The translations under genes and the position numbers were made by a program. DNA of 64,000 nucleotides, taken from contig JAQGDQ010000002.1 of NCBI GenBank assembly GCA_030141605.1, forward strand, positions 124,001 to 188,000, given 5' to 3'. The notes under the pieces were generated by a model that searched no databases, was not told where the DNA came from, and saw only the letters and a program-made list of their open reading frames with translations. This DNA comes from Tubiluchus corallicola (taxonomy: Eukaryota; Animalia; Priapulida). Below, piece after piece: positions 1 to 15,700 of the stretch. How positions within the stretch are numbered: the first letter of the stretch is position 1; each line of letters starts with the position of its first letter.

Positions 1-798
1 AACAGATGAAATACAAATACATTTGACTGAAATGTACGCGTTTAGTAATTCATTATTTTATATGCAAAATTCAACAGGGAGATTGATTTTTGCTTGTTAG
101 AAGGTCTGCTATCTTCACTTCTTATCATGCATAACCCAAAAAATGGGATAATTCCAAGTTCTGTTTTGCAATATTCTCACTGGTAAAAGTATAGGCGCAA
201 AGCCACTGTTAGTGACGCCATCGTATTCTGTCTACAGATTTGCTTCGATAAATTGGCTGTTAGACTTGTATCCATTAAGAGTAACTGTTAACAGCTTACA
301 TTAATGTCATTACACATTGTAAGACCAGTAAGCAAAGACTATATAGAATCTTTCTGCATTATTGATCATTAGTGGATCGGCCTAGTAACATTTTTCATTC
401 CACACAGTTTAGTTTCAAATTGTACAAAACGTTTTTGCATGGTTTCACTAGATTGTTGTTTTTGTTGTAATTGTAGCTGTTGTTGCCATCATCCTCATTG
501 TAACCATCACCATCGGCGGTGCGATAATCAGATGTAGTGGGTGTGATTTTTTGTGGTTGTAGTGTGGGTGGTATGGCGTGATGTGGTATGAGTGGCTTGG
601 TGCTGGTGGTGTGGGTTGTCATTGTAAGTTTATGTGCAAAATTCTTTTGTAGGATTTGTCTAGTTATTGTTACATTGAAGATATTCTAAGGGTGACGAAA
701 CATCTGTGGATTGTACCTTTTCCTGTCTAAATCAGTTTCAGTCTCATTTAGCTGTTGTAGCTGTAATGTTCATGCTGATTTTGAAATTTTATTTTCAG

Positions 799-3700
799 TT
801 CTGTCACTCCATCGGTTGCGCTAGTTCGCAAACTGATCGCAGTGTTAGAATCCATAGAGCGGTTGCCCGTTTATTTGTATGATGCACCTGGTTCGAGCTT
901 TGGCTTACAAATACTAACAAGACGATTAAGGTTTAGATTAGAGCGAGCTCAGGGGGAAACGACACTTATTGATCGGTCTGGTCGAACTTTGAAAATGGAG
1001 CCATTAGCGACTGTGGGTAGTCTAGAGCGATATCTGCTAAAGCAGGTAAATGGAATAGTTTTTCAGGCTGTGAATTTGAACTTATTGATGGATTATTAGC
1101 ATATTTGATATTTTTCTTAAACTAAATTCAAGAAAAAGTGAAAATTTTGATCTGAAATTGGTTTGGAACTTCACACGATTAATGATCGTTCTTAATATTT
1201 GATAGTGTTGCCGTATGGTGCCAACATGAAATTAGAATGTTAAGGCTTTTGACTGTTGCTTTATCTCTTATGCTGTTTTGTTTTTAACACTGTAATTAAC
1301 ACTGTAGGTTTTTTGCCTTGGAATAATAAATGGCAGAAGTGAATGGTGAAGTGTGCAAAATCTTACTCGTATTGTGTTAAGCAATCATCGTTCGTGTGAA
1401 TTTATGATTAAATGTTTAGTCATATGTCATGGTCAACTGACTTTCGATAAAAATAATTAATCGGAACAGCATTGATAAGTAGAATGCATTGGTCAGTAAG
1501 CCACACAGACATTAGTGTTAAAGACGGGCCTTAATTCAGTCCTGTGCGTATGGTTTTCTTAGTACATTTCTCACTAATTTATATTTTGGAATAGTCAGTA
1601 TTGTGACATAAACAGTGAGACAAAAACAAATTTGAATTTGGATTTCAAATGAGTAAACTTTCATGTGAGCAAAAAGCAGTAAACAAAACTGTACAAATGT
1701 ACAAGCCACGCAGGATGGAACGAGATGTTGTGTCTAGTTTATTGTGGCTTGTTAGTTGTAAAATTGCTGGTTGGCACAAAGAATCTTAAGTTGCAAACAT
1801 ACAAAACTCATATCATCATTTGACCTACAGGTAGCAAAACAGTGGCATGATCATGAAAGGTCAACATTTACATTTGTCAAACGAATTAAGGATTCGGCAC
1901 CACTTGCCTTTGTATATCATAGAGACTTTGATGAAAATGGTATCATGTACTGGATTGGAACCAATGCTAAGTAAGTGATAAAGTTGTTGATAAAAATCCT
2001 GCATTTTATTGCAGGCAAAGTAGTTATGACTGCTTTCTTAAAACTTGTGAGAAAGCAGGATTCAAAGTTTGTTTATTTGTGGCGTCTATTGAAAGTCTTA
2101 CTGATTAATATTACTAGTAATGATTTACATGGTTGTGAATTATAACGGCAAATTTATTTAATTTTTGTCTGTTGCTGCTTGCTATACACTTACATGTCCC
2201 AAAACTTGTTTGCAGCTTTCATAAACATTAAAATTTGCCTTGCATTGGGAAATTATTTCGTAGGTACATCATAGGGTAAATTGCACTTAACATAGAATTT
2301 ATGGACTTAACGGTAAGTTTTTGTACTCATATATTTTTCTATTTACTATAGAACTGCTTATGAATGGGTGAACCCAGCCCAGTATGGATTAGTAGCTATC
2401 AGCTCATCAGAAGGACGTAATCTGCCATACGGGCGATTGGAAGACATACTCAGTAGGGACTCTTCAGCTTTGAACTGCCATACAAATGATGACAAGCGTG
2501 CTTGGTTTTCTATAGATCTGGGCCTTTGGGTTATTCCTACACACTACACGCTTCGGCATGCTCGGGGATATGGACGATCTGCTTTGAGAAATTGGTTGTT
2601 TCAAGGTTCCAAAGATGGGCAGACATGGCAGACCTTGGTTACCCATGTGGACGATTCCTCACTGAACGAACCTGGGTCAGTTTTTTGTACAATCTTAATC
2701 GATTATTATAAATTGTTCACATCATTGTTTTGATTATCTGCCAGTGGCAAACTGATGATGGCAGTTAATTTTGTGTAGTACATGAACTAAATTACTTTTG
2801 ATGAATTTTTTACTTTCCATTGATTGCTTTGATTGCTTGTTTGGCCATTTTAACTAGAGATTATTATGTTTCTTCATCCTTTAAAAAATTGTGGTTAGCA
2901 AACCCTAAAAAGGAGTAAGATTATGTAATCTAAGGCCCATATCACCCTCTACATCCACTAAGTTTTTCAGTTTTATAGTCTTGTTACTTAGCTTAGAACT
3001 GTCCTATGCTATTAAACTAAAACTGGGAATGTCCGTGTGACTACTGAACTGAACATTTCTCATTCCACAGTTTTTTTGTGCTTTGTTATCATATTTATGT
3101 TATCTGAGTAGTCATTTTCCTTAATAAGTTGAATTTATTTTATATTCCAATGGCAAAGTGGATAGCAAAGTGAATCGCCAGTTACTTGGGTCAAAAGTTA
3201 TCTTAAATACATACAGCAAAAAGCTTTTCTGTGAGGTTCTGTTTTTAATCCACATTTAACCGTTTATATGAACGCATATTGTTTCATAATTTAGGTGTTC
3301 TAATCGAAAATCATTATTTACCCCTTGATTCCAGTTTAGACGTTAGCGCTAATATTATCCCAGCACTGTATTAGAAATACAGTAATCGCCACTTAATAGA
3401 CTTACGGTTAATAGACTCATTCGCTTAATTGACTCAAAAACGCCTGGAATGGGCCGCTTCTATTCAAATATAAACTATCGGTAATTGACTCAAATAACTT
3501 CGCTTAATTGACTCAAAATTTTTCCTTCACATACTTAAAATAAGACATTTTTATGTGCCCAAACAGCCTTTCCTACTTTTATGTCATCTTTACTTCCCTT
3601 TTGTGCATTATATATGTAGAAATAATCATGGTAAGTACTGTTTTGTTTGTAAACAGGTACGTTTATTCTGCGCTAATACGCTAGCGTAGCGGTTTTGCTT

Positions 3701-6700
3701 TGAGTCTGTCACCCGCTCGTCCACTGCGGTTAAGCTCGTTACTCAAAGAATTTCTGTAAGCTAAACCTTTAATCACTTGCCTAGCGGTTTCCTTTTGATG
3801 CTCTAGTTGCAAATCACGCTTTCTGGCTTAATGAGTTAATAGTCAAAGATGCAGGTACAGTAATCAGCCAGTACTCCTTGTGACTTACAAGAGTAAACGT
3901 CATACAGCAAATAAGGGCATATAGTTAGGGAGTTTGAAAAATGGAGCATTAGTGTAAAGATGGGTGGTTTTAGCGATGGAGAAAGTGTGAAAAGATCGTG
4001 TTAAAACGTACCCATAGTGAGGAAAAGGATACTGATGTTCCAGCTGCTGCAAATTGGATAGAAGAAGAGTGGCCAAAAATTATTGCAATCTATTCTCCCG
4101 ACAGCGATTACAACACGAATGAGACTGGACTTTATTTTAGAGCTTTGCCTACTTATTTGGGAATGAAAATGCAAAGGGGTGTAAGATTTCAAAAGAACTC
4201 AAAAGTGTGACAGTGCTATGCTGCGTAAGCATGTCAGAAGTCAAGAAGAACCTAAAGAGGCCACTTGTGAGTAAACAAGGGCACCATCAACTGCAGCTCA
4301 AGCATGTTAAGCACTAAATGTTTTACGAGAATGTGCATCACACTGCAACAGATTTTTAACGTTTTTATCATTACGAGAACTTTATGAGCCAACTTTTTTG
4401 TGGGAAAATGAAGCAGCCAACTTTGAAGGAATTTTTGTGATTTTTTTCAAATGAACAGACTTGTATGATTTAGAAAAGAATACTTATTAATTTATTGTTA
4501 ATTCACTTATATAAATTAATATTTTAAAATCTTTTTCTAATTTTTAACCGCACAAAGGAATTTAGGCATTACTCCATTTCTAAAATTGATTAAAAGCCTT
4601 TACAGTGCATAGTAAACTGATGACTCATACTTCTATAGCAGTAATACTACACCCATCGGTTAATAGGTTCAATCGATTAATTGGGTCAAAACACGTCGGT
4701 CCCAAAGTGAGTTTATTAAGCGGCGACTACTGTACATATACTTTTTATTTCTTTAGTTCCACGGCTTCGTGGCCAATCACTTCACCAGCAGACGAGAAGC
4801 AAGGCTGGAGACACATCCGAGTACAACAGACAGGCAAGAATGCAAGTGGGCAGACTCATTATCTCTCCTTATCTGGATTTGAAATTTATGGTACAGTGAC
4901 TGGAGTCTGTGATGATCAACTAGGTAAGAATTTTCTGGATGTAACAGTAGCCTCGGTTTATGTCTAATTGGGACAATTTTGGATAAACAGTGCCACGTTT
5001 GACGTATTTGTACAGCAGTTTATGTGTTTATTTTTTATCAGGCAAAGCTGCAAAGGAAGCTGAAGCAAGTCTTCGCAGGCAAAGAAGGCTGATGCGCACT
5101 CTCGTACTCAAGCAGATGGTTCCAGGGGCTCGAGTTGTGCGTGGCATGGACTGGAAGTGGAGAGATCAGGATGGAAATCCGCCTGGAGAGGGCACAGTGA
5201 CTGGAGAGCTACACAACGGTACTGAGGCTTATGTCAGTTACATGCCATGTTTTTAGTTCGATACGGTGATGCATCTGCTTAATTGCAAATAAGAATGATT
5301 GCAGTGACCTAAATTGTGTAGTTTTCATAAGATTATTCACATTTTTGTAAAAAGGTGACAACTGCCACTATGTTTACTCATGTTAGGTGTAGAAAGAAAA
5401 TACTTACTGTCTTGTCTTACGTGTACCCTTTAGTTTATTTGTTCGCCATGTTTGCCAAACTTTCGGGTTTTCAAAATTGTTCATTAACCTGTACATTGTC
5501 TTCTTGATCTGCCACACGAGTTTCTCAAAATCTAGTAAGATTTTTAATCCATAATCAATTTTTCAAAATTCAAATGCTTTGTGAACAAACAATTATTGGA
5601 CTTTCATTTTTAGTACAAAAGCTGTAGATAATCAAAATGTAGATGTGATATATTATCAATGTGATATATTATCTGTACAAATCTGGGCAATATGGCTCAA
5701 AGCCTTTTATGTGGTGAAAATCAAATTGTTTGTAATTTCATATTGTTATGTTTGACATTTTTATTATTTTGTATTAATTTAATTACATGTATGATTCCTT
5801 CTACATGCTACATTCTAACTTACTTGCTGTCTAGCTTTCTTGTTTGCTTACTTAATTTTGTTTAATTAGGTTGGATTGATGTCATTTGGGACAACGGCAG
5901 TTCTAATTCATATCGTCTTGGTGCTGAGGGAAAGTATGACTTGCAGTTAGCACCATCGCACAATCCAGAACTTGTCGGTGCCATGGCTGCTATACAAGAA
6001 CGCAAACATTCTACAGGCCATGGTAAGCTTTTTTCGAAAACAATATTAAACTGAAATATTTTTGGGAGGGTCTCGTTATTTGTATTTCAGGTATTATTGC
6101 ATTAATTCTGGTTATTTGTTTACGTATATAAGTATGCATGTGTTGTTGACGGTTAGTTGTTAAACACTTGATTACTTAGGTTTTAGCCATTTTAGAAAAA
6201 CAAAATTTCAGCAAAGTTCTTTATTCCTGCAGTTAATTGTTGTTTTCACTGTGCCTGCTGTCATTGCCTGTATTGTCGTTGCAGTTGTTACTGTTGCTAT
6301 TGCAACTATGGCTCTTCTGTAGCGGCTATTGATGTTTAAGACTGCTAATATTTGTGCGCTTATCTGGTACTAAGAATTTTTGAAGGTTTTATTTTAAATC
6401 TGCAAAGACAGTGCATTACAAAGAAAAATGTAACACTGGTGAAAATTCTTGCATTAAATTTTTAAACTAAAAAGGATTTGATTGTTTTAGAGAAAGATGT
6501 TGGATTTGATTGTTTTAGAGAAAGATGTTTGTCAAGAGTTGCAGCCCTTTTTTGAATTTCTAAGGAGCTGAGAGTGAAAAAATGTTGGTTGTCTTTGCAG
6601 GCAATATTCGCAGGGCCGATGCATTAGGCAAAATACCAGTACTTTCTTCTAGCCGCAGTAAGAGCAGCTCCACTCCAAGTTTACCTGAAGCCATGGAGAA

Positions 6701-9700
6701 GAAAGGTGTATCCTCTGTTGCTGCCACTGAGCAAGCGGCATCTGCTGATAGTCTACCATCTAAAGTTACATCAAAGGTGCTATAATAGAATTTGGCTAGA
6801 AAACTTTGGAGGGGAATGCTGATCTGTCATTAAAATCTTATTACTGGTGCCAAACAAAGTAGAAAAAAAGATGATTAAGCAGAAACCATTGAAAATGGCT
6901 GTTGAAATGATAGACAAGAGAAGGTTATTTTTAAATACATAGTCGCTTTAAAAAATGATTTTAAAAGAAACTTTTATTCTACAGGAGGCAGCTGAGGCCG
7001 TGGCAGAATCGGTATTGAATTTAGCGAGTGCTGAAGCCCTAGTTACTGTGACTGTTGATTCGGGAGAAGAGCCACAAAATGCAACAGCTACCTCTGTTAA
7101 TACTGAAACCGCTGTGCTAGTGCAAACAGCAGATGAGTCCGGTACGTTGTAAAGTTATAGTAGTCAGTTATCTGTTACTTATTACCTTGATAGGAACAAA
7201 AATTAAGGAAACTGGATGTGAGACCTTTGTGTCACCTAAGACCTGTGATAGTTAGCCAGTAGTTAAATAATGTTTGTCAATTTGATTTGTATAAAAAACT
7301 CATTTAAATAACTTTGATCAACTTTTCAGGAGCAGCAGCAGCAGCAGCAGTACCGACACCACCTAATAAGTTGCTAGAATCATCCTATGCCTCTTCACTA
7401 ATGTCCACACATGAACACCATCAGCGTCGTAATGAAGAAAAAACGCTGCTGAAGAGAATCAGTGAGAAACGCCGTGAGAAAATACCTCCAAGTGGCTCAA
7501 GCAAGAGGGGTGATGGCACCACTCCAACATCAACTTCATCATCCAGCCGCGGTGGAGGCAGTCCAATGAGTGTCTCTGTACCGAATTTGTCGAGTAGCTT
7601 GGAAGCAACTGTGAGCTTGTTGGAGACCTTTGCAGCTGCTGCACGTCGCCGACAGTCTGGTAATGCACCAAATAATTCTGTCAACAACATGGCTTTGACT
7701 CGTGGAGCAAACAATGCTAGCAGCCTTGTTCGACTTGCTTTGTCTTCTAACCTACCTGGCGAGGGTATGTTAGCAATTTTTAACAGATCTGTATTCAATA
7801 GATAGGTTGTAGCTATAGTTCTAAAACTGGTTAAAATTAAGATGAGTTTTTGCCACTTAAGTTTGTTAGCTTGTCACCAAAATGCTTACTTAATAACATT
7901 TTTGCTCGTGCTAATTTTTTACTATGCATTTTTGTGTTTGTTTTTACTTATGATATATTCAACATTGCAGGACCTCTCAGTACAGCTCAAAGTTTCCCCA
8001 GTCTCAATACAACAAATAGTCAGCAGAATTCTCAAGCACCAAGTGTAGCTGCCAGTGGTGGTACCACTTTGTCCCAAGCACTCACAATGAGTCTTGCCTC
8101 GACTACATCTAGGTGAGATTGTGAACACTTGCGTCTTTTATACTGTGTTACTGTGTTTATTTAATTTGATTTTTATTTTCTGGAATAGCATGTCTAGTAT
8201 GTACTTGCATTGTTATTGTTCTTGTTACTGTGAACAATTTGCTTTGAAAGTCACGCTTCACTTAATGTGTGTGTGTTTGATGTATGATGCATTGTAGGAT
8301 GTTATAGCTAACTGAGATTGTTTTAATCAGCTCACGATGTCAAGCTTTAGAATAAGATTCATTGCTATTTGATGGAAATACAAAGTTGTATCTAAAAGGG
8401 TAAATTATAACTATGTTATTTGTGTCAGTGATTCAGATAATGATTTATTGGACTCCTGCCGGCAGACTGCTCTTTTAGCTGAGCTACAGGATGATGATGA
8501 ATTGCCTGAGCCTGATGATGACGATGATGAGAATGACGATGACAACGAAGATGACGATGATGACGACTACGATGATGTTATGGTTTGTAATTCTGTCAAA
8601 TATCAAAAATAAATTTTAGAGAAATTATTTTTGTTTTATTTATGTTTTTGGAAATTTTTGCTTAAAATTCAGCAATTGCCAGAGTTTTTTATTAAGTAAT
8701 AACCAGACACAGCATTACTTGCTGACCTTCACTTCCATTCCATTAGTGCCTCCTACTAGTCCTTACTATTACTAATATAATACCTCAGTTCTGTCAAAAT
8801 CTGAAATAATAGGTGAATATTTTTTCTGAAAGCTGAGTGATTATGGTCACATTAAGCAATCTTCGGTCTTGTTACTAAAGAGATGGATGACCTCTACATG
8901 AGCCAATGTTTCTTGATGATTTCATCAGCCAAAGTTGCTGAGTGCTAAGTACTGTCCCGTCATAGAAGGTTACCTTTAATATTTAGTTAGGTCCTGTCCC
9001 GTTGCACCCTTTTGTATTAATTATGCCCTGCTGATGAATGCTCAACCTATATAAAAATTGCATTTTGCCTACCTATTTGCCGTTTGTTTGCCTATTCGCG
9101 TTAATTAAATTTATTGAAAATTAATTAGCCACACAACAAATGTGATCAAATTGTAATTCAATTCACCAATGCTGTAGTACTCTGATCGTGTTTTTAGTAA
9201 AAAAATAAAAAATACATTTCATAAAAAGCAGGCAAATCGAATAACTGAATATTAAGCAATTTTTACTTATGTTTCTGCTACCATTTCTCCTCTCTAAACC
9301 CAATGTCCCTGGTGCCATTCTTATTTGCGACAGCTGTGTCGTTTGTGATTGGTCGTTCTCCATTTCTCATAGCAAGGTATGGTGTTCGTTTCCGTACTGC
9401 AGGAAGAGGATGAATACGAGGCGCGTAACAGCAAGAAGCGCACCTGGGATGACGAGTTTGTGCTCAAACGTCAGTTCTCGGCACTCATACCAGCATTTGA
9501 TCCTCGTCCCGGAAGAACAAATGTTAATCAGACGTCAGACATCGAGATACCGCCTCCTGGTAAGTATTCGTAATTAGCAAATTTAGGCTGTCTTTTAAAG
9601 TAATGACTAATGATGATGCTGTAGTTTTTTACTGTGTGTTGGAAATGGACTACTGTATCTGTTCAGAATTTGGACGCAAATCTTCGAATCCATTCGCATA

Positions 9701-12700
9701 AATGTTCGCGCCAATGACTACATTATTGCCAATCTAGCTAGATTCGCGCAGATATTACCTGAATACTAAAAAATTAAAGAAATACTGGCACTAATCTAGT
9801 GTTTTGTGTTTTGCTTTACACTAACATGTATGCTTGTGAATTTACTTAGTTACTTTGCAAGTGTCTTTGGCGCACTCTGCTTTTCATTCAGAGTAACATA
9901 TAAAAACTGTAGGTATCTAGGCTTGTCGCCAAGCCAACAAGAACACAATCTCCAGGTAGGCTGTGTAAAGTTTGAAAACGGCCAATTTGTCAAGTTGTCA
10001 GTAAAAATTTCCATGTTTCGCATAAATTTAGAGCAATTCTTGTTTCAAATGCTTGTTATGCACTTTTTAGTAAGGAAATGATGATAGTGGCTCACTGACA
10101 AAGAGAAGAATCGACAACATTCTAAATAGCTTGGAGACTGAATCAGGAATGTTAGGTCTTATTCTGATTCTGTCAATATCTTATAAAATTTTTGTCGTTT
10201 CAGTAATTATAATTCATCATACTTGAACTATGAACTACTTTAGACCTTGATTCTCTGAATGCTCGTAAAAAGTCACAGCGAGAATCTGCTTAGATTCTGG
10301 CAAAATATAACGAAATTCTGGCCCTGAACTGCAATGACTTTGAATTATTGTCATCAAAATTGTAATAATGTAGTCATATACTATACAAATATTGTATGCA
10401 ATATAAGTTGCTTCTTATTTGCTCTATCTGAATACATGCATTCCATACTTCGTATTCAACAATTTTGGATAACCAGTTGATTTCATGATCGTGCTATAAT
10501 TTTGGATAACGTGGTAGTTTTTGTGATCGAGCTTCATGAAGCTTTGTCATACATGAAGAATACTATCTCTATTTGCAAAATGTTAGCGTAAAGGGTTTTT
10601 TTTATAAGGAGCTCCAGATTCGGCATTTGTAGAAGAAGCTGATGCGACGACCTCACCCAGACTAAAGCTTGTTCTTCGTGGACCCAATCTCCCTGGCGTA
10701 TGTAGTATATTTTTTATGCAATTTATATCTGTTTGTAACTTTCTATTGATATTTGTTCGCTTCCTGAACTTTGTATAATATTAAATTTAGAATAAAATTT
10801 GAGATCTAGATGTCTTGCATGTTGACAAGAGAAATTTTTTGTTGTATTCTGTATGGAATATTGCTGGCTTTGCTACAAGTTTCAGGGATTGTTTATTCCA
10901 AAAACTACATTGCAAGTTATTGTTAAATTGGAACCTTTTTAGCATTTGCATAGTCTCATAGATACTACTTTTGGTATTTGGTCCGATTTGGTTTAGAAGC
11001 GCGGGCGTAGTGTGATGAAATTTGAATGCAATAGCTGATTGTCTTGGCAGCCAGTATCACATAGTGCCAAGTATTGGCAGTAAATGAACGTTTGACCGCT
11101 AAAAATATTCCTCGGCCACTAAGAATGCTCCTCTTGGACTAGTTTTACATGCAATACTGTGTCGATTATTTAACTTGTGGTAGAAGAATCCCAAATATTG
11201 CTAAAACACTGTACCAGTCCAATCTTTTCTCACCTAGCGGTTTATCCTTGATAATGAACTGGGATCGTGTCTTGCCACATCATCATCTTATGTGCCGAAC
11301 TTGGGTTTGCTGTGTGTGTAACTGTACAAAAGAGTAATATTATAGGTGCCAGACGTTGAAGAGCCTGTACTTGGTGAGAAAGACACAACGTTCCATTTAA
11401 TTCAGAGATTGATGCAGAAGTCTGAGATTGGAAACCGACAAGAAAAACTAAGGCGCATTTGGGAACCAACTTACACGTAAGTTTTCTAATAATTCCACTT
11501 TCATAACCTTTGATAACATAATACATTGTATCTTGAAGTGTTGTATAGTCCCAGTCATACTGTTTCGAAATATGCTAGCGCACTCATTCACTCAGTTTTG
11601 TATTATGGAACGCTAATGTTAACAGTTTTGGACTTGCCGCTGCAAAAGTCTAGTAAGTTGGCTAGTTGAACGTTATTACTTGGACTTGAATAATTGTGAC
11701 TCACATACAACTTTTTATAGATACATTGAAACTGGACGACTATGCATCATTGCATTAATGCCTTACATGTTGCTTTTTGTGTTAAAAATATTGCTTCCAC
11801 TGAAAATTGCTTGGTTTCTAAAACATAATCTGCTTTTGAGATTCTTGTTTTGTCACTGCTACTACAATTTTTAGGGTTGTTTACCGAGAATTACGGCCTG
11901 ATGAAGAAAAACCACAACATTCAGAGGTAAGAAAATTACGATTGGATATCATTAGTTAATAAACAATACAATTTTGAGAGATAAAATAATTGCCAGAAAT
12001 TTTGCCAAATAAACTGTATTTAGTAGCTATTTTTGCGCTGCTGTTGCACTTTTGAGATTCAGTTGCTACCTGCATGCAGAATTATAAAGAAAAACATTTA
12101 TTTGTGTGTTTTCATAGCAGAGCAGGCTACTTTATAAAAATTCATCTCTTGTTATTATATGAATTTTCAGACTTCAGTAACCATTTTAATACCACTATCA
12201 CGACTGTACATTAAGCCCAATCCTGAGTTATTATCATTTTCAATTAAGAAAACAAGTTATTTATAAAAACCTTAAAAGAACCAAAAACTATAGTTTCATT
12301 TAGGAATGTGACTGTGGATTGTTGATTTGCATTGCAGCAACATGAAAATTTTACATAAAATTCTTTTTTATGTATTATTCTTGCATTCATTTGTCTAGCT
12401 TATTTTTGTTTAGGATGAGTACACTCCTGTAGCATCTAAGAAGCTGAGTCGTATCCTATCACAAGAAGATGAATTAATAACAAAGCAAAGTGACCGGGAT
12501 CTGACTACGTCAATGGAGGATGTTTTTCAATTACTTCGACTGTTATACGGCATATCTACTGACTTGGGACATGTCAAGCATAAACATGAAGGTATGTATT
12601 TTATTGCAAAATCATGATTTCGTCGTAGCAACTCGAGTCAGTTGAACACTAAGAACCCTGGCTAAGTATCAAGTATGCCACATTTGACTGCCATATTAGA

Positions 12701-15700
12701 TGACTTATAGGTGCTTTGTAATGCTGTAATTTTGAAATGTTTTTGGTGTGTTCTAACATAAGTTAAAACTATCTTGCAAACGTTTGCCATACTGATTCAT
12801 ATCAGGATGTCAGATGATGGCCATATGTATATGGCACGATTTACTACTGGCACTTGTCTGCTTGTAAGCTCACTTTAGGCAGATAAAATTGTGGAGTTAT
12901 TACTGTGTTTGTAAATTGTGTATTTACTGCAGGCATATTGTATTTTGATGGAATGCATTAACTTATTTAGCATGATTTTTTTTTACAGTGAAAGCCTATA
13001 GTAGCTAACAACTTTCTAGTTTAATCAGACAAGTATTCAGTCAGATAGATTTATAATATCTGATTAAACTAGAAATAGATTTACTAAAATATTATTTGTC
13101 TGTAAGTTGATTTGGCATTATCCAATTATAATTTTTCAGCTGAAGACATGATTCACTTTCGAGTTACGCCTGAAGAGTTCATCAGCAAGAAAATCACAAC
13201 AAAACTAGTACAGCAGATACAGGATCCGCTGGTGCTAGCTAGCCATGCATTACCAGACTGGTGTGATTCCTTGACTAATAAATGTCCAATGTTATTTCCA
13301 TTTGAGACTCGGCAATTATACTTCACATGTACTGCTTTCGGTACTTCCAGGTACATAGCATTTCACTGTTGAATCATAGAACTAATTATAGTGTCATTTG
13401 CAAATTACTAGTTATGAACTAAACCAAAATGTATGCATTGTTCAGCGGCATTTCTTTATCTGCTTTAAAAACTTTAATATGTTGTTACTGTTAGTGACTG
13501 GAGATTATACATTGTGCTTGTCTAATATATTAACTAACTGCATTTAATTATCTGTAATCATCTGGCTAGTGCTAATCTTGTGGCAGTCGCCTGTGTGTTT
13601 CAAATATGCTAAAACTTTGCATGAGCTTTCACTTTGCACATACTGTTACGTTTTTACAAATTCCTGAATCGAAACAGGAAGCAGCCATGAATTTGTCACA
13701 AACTTTGAGCATCTTAACTTTTGAGTTTTGAAACATAGGGTGAATTTATTTCTCCACAAATTTGATTTTTTTAATAGGAATTTATAATTTTTTTCAATTG
13801 ATCTGTGCAACTTATCACATCTGTGAGGCAATACTGCAAAATTTTACAAATCAAATTTTCGTATGTAAACATTTTCGTCGGGGGAAGGGGCACCAAACCA
13901 CTGGTTTGTGAGTAAGGAAAACAAATTGGTTATTTGTAGCTAGCATTCAATTACATCTGCTTTTTTAGCTTTATTACAAAGGAGAAATTTTTACATTCTT
14001 TTGTGTTAAATGTTTTTTCACATTTTTCATTTCTACAGACGGAAATTAACATTTTTGTAAATAATATAGTCATTTATTTCATTGTATGTTCCTAGGGCGA
14101 TCGTGTGGCTGCAGAAGCAGCGTGATGCAACACTAGAGCGTTCTCGGGGACCATCTCCTCGTCGCGATGATGGCCACGAGTACAGGGTGGGAAGAATAAA
14201 ACACGAGCGAGTGAAAGTGCCTAGAGAAAATTTACTTGACTGGGCCATAAATGTGATGAAGTTTCATGCTAAAAGAAAGAGCATACTAGAAGTATGACTT
14301 GTTTTTTTACTGATTTTATAATTTAGAGCTGTATATGTCTGATGCCAATACTACTGAATTGCATGATCCAGTAAAGAATGTGCAAGCACTAACACCTGAA
14401 AACAACAATCTTTTTATAAGTATTTGCAATTACAAATATGTAATCAAAAGTGCAGCATAAATGTGCTAATGTGCCCTGTATATAATGGCTAATTGTTACA
14501 CTAAAGGTATGCAAAATGATGACATTGCTTCATGTATCAGAGTTTCAATTGTTCAGTATTCCCAGCCTGCAAACTACTAAAGAAATGTAACTAAAGGAAA
14601 AAAAATAACGTAAATGAAGAGTTGACTGATGAAATTAGTTGGACTTATATTTCAGATGGTTTCAGAAATTCCTTTTTGGGCAGTATGTTTTTACTGGTAT
14701 TTTTCGTGATTAGCCTAATGCAGTGGTCATTCCATGTCTTTGCCCAGCATCTTTTTAGAATAGACAGTCAGATCAATCGCTTAGACAATTGGGTTATTCT
14801 GGAAGATGAGATTTTTTTACTTTATCACAGCTAAATCATCGTACTTGTATTTTTTTTAGAAATGTTAATTTTGTTTATACCTACAGATCTCATTTACTGG
14901 TGAAGAGGGTACTGGTTTAGGACCAACACTAGAATTTTTCTCATTAATTGCTGCTGAACTGCAGAAGAAAAGTCTTGGAATGTGGTTGTGTGATGACGAT
15001 TTCCCAGATGACCTTGCACGAGAGGTATTATGTGTAATGATCTTGGAAGAGGATTGTTTGTTGCTGTTCATTTTTGTGTGTTGTGGTACCATTGAAACTA
15101 ACTGATTGATTGATTGCTGAAAATGCAAAAGCATGAATAATAGGTATATTTTAGTTCAATTGAGATTTTTTAAACTTATGTTGTAATGTGTAGATAATAA
15201 AATGACTTTTTAGCATATTTGCTTGTATGTCTAAGGGTAAATGCTTTTAGATACATTTTATGTTGTTTTTTGGTTTTATGTCTACTATCCTAGGTAAGAT
15301 ACTGTACTATGAAATCTTCACATACAGTACATACAGTAACTCGGAAGCTATTTTTTGTAACAGAAATAGGCCCATGTTTAAAGAACAAAGCTGAGGCAGT
15401 ATTTTCAAATGTAGAAAGATCCCTGGGCTAAAGTTTACTATTCCCCACACACAAATTAGTTTGTGAAGCTGACTAGGATTATGATTAGGGTTAGGGTTTC
15501 AGTTGGGGCTAGGGTTAGGATTAAGGTTACGGTTAGGGTATTTAAATTCCTTCCAATTACTGATTTGTGTTTTAAATTAAAAATGTTTCTAGTTTAGAAA
15601 AGTGAGAATTTTATAAATACAAAATTAAATATTAAAAATTTTAGCAAATTATAGGTTAGCAAAGGAATTGTGCAAAGTGTATGTTAAAATTCAAGTCTGT

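Noticed and set aside
395-622. ORFs in low-complexity tracts (also 47290-47627, 58094-58349, 62202-62447)
   Set aside because: They arise from GGT/GTT, CA and 15-bp repeats inside introns, with no splice support or homology motifs.
7421-7798. Antisense ORFs over HECTD1 and DUF229 exons
   Set aside because: They are shadow frames of real coding exons.
15480-15545. True telomere or chromosome fusion site
   Set aside because: The array is short, degenerate, intronic, and embedded in flanks shared with other dispersed copies.
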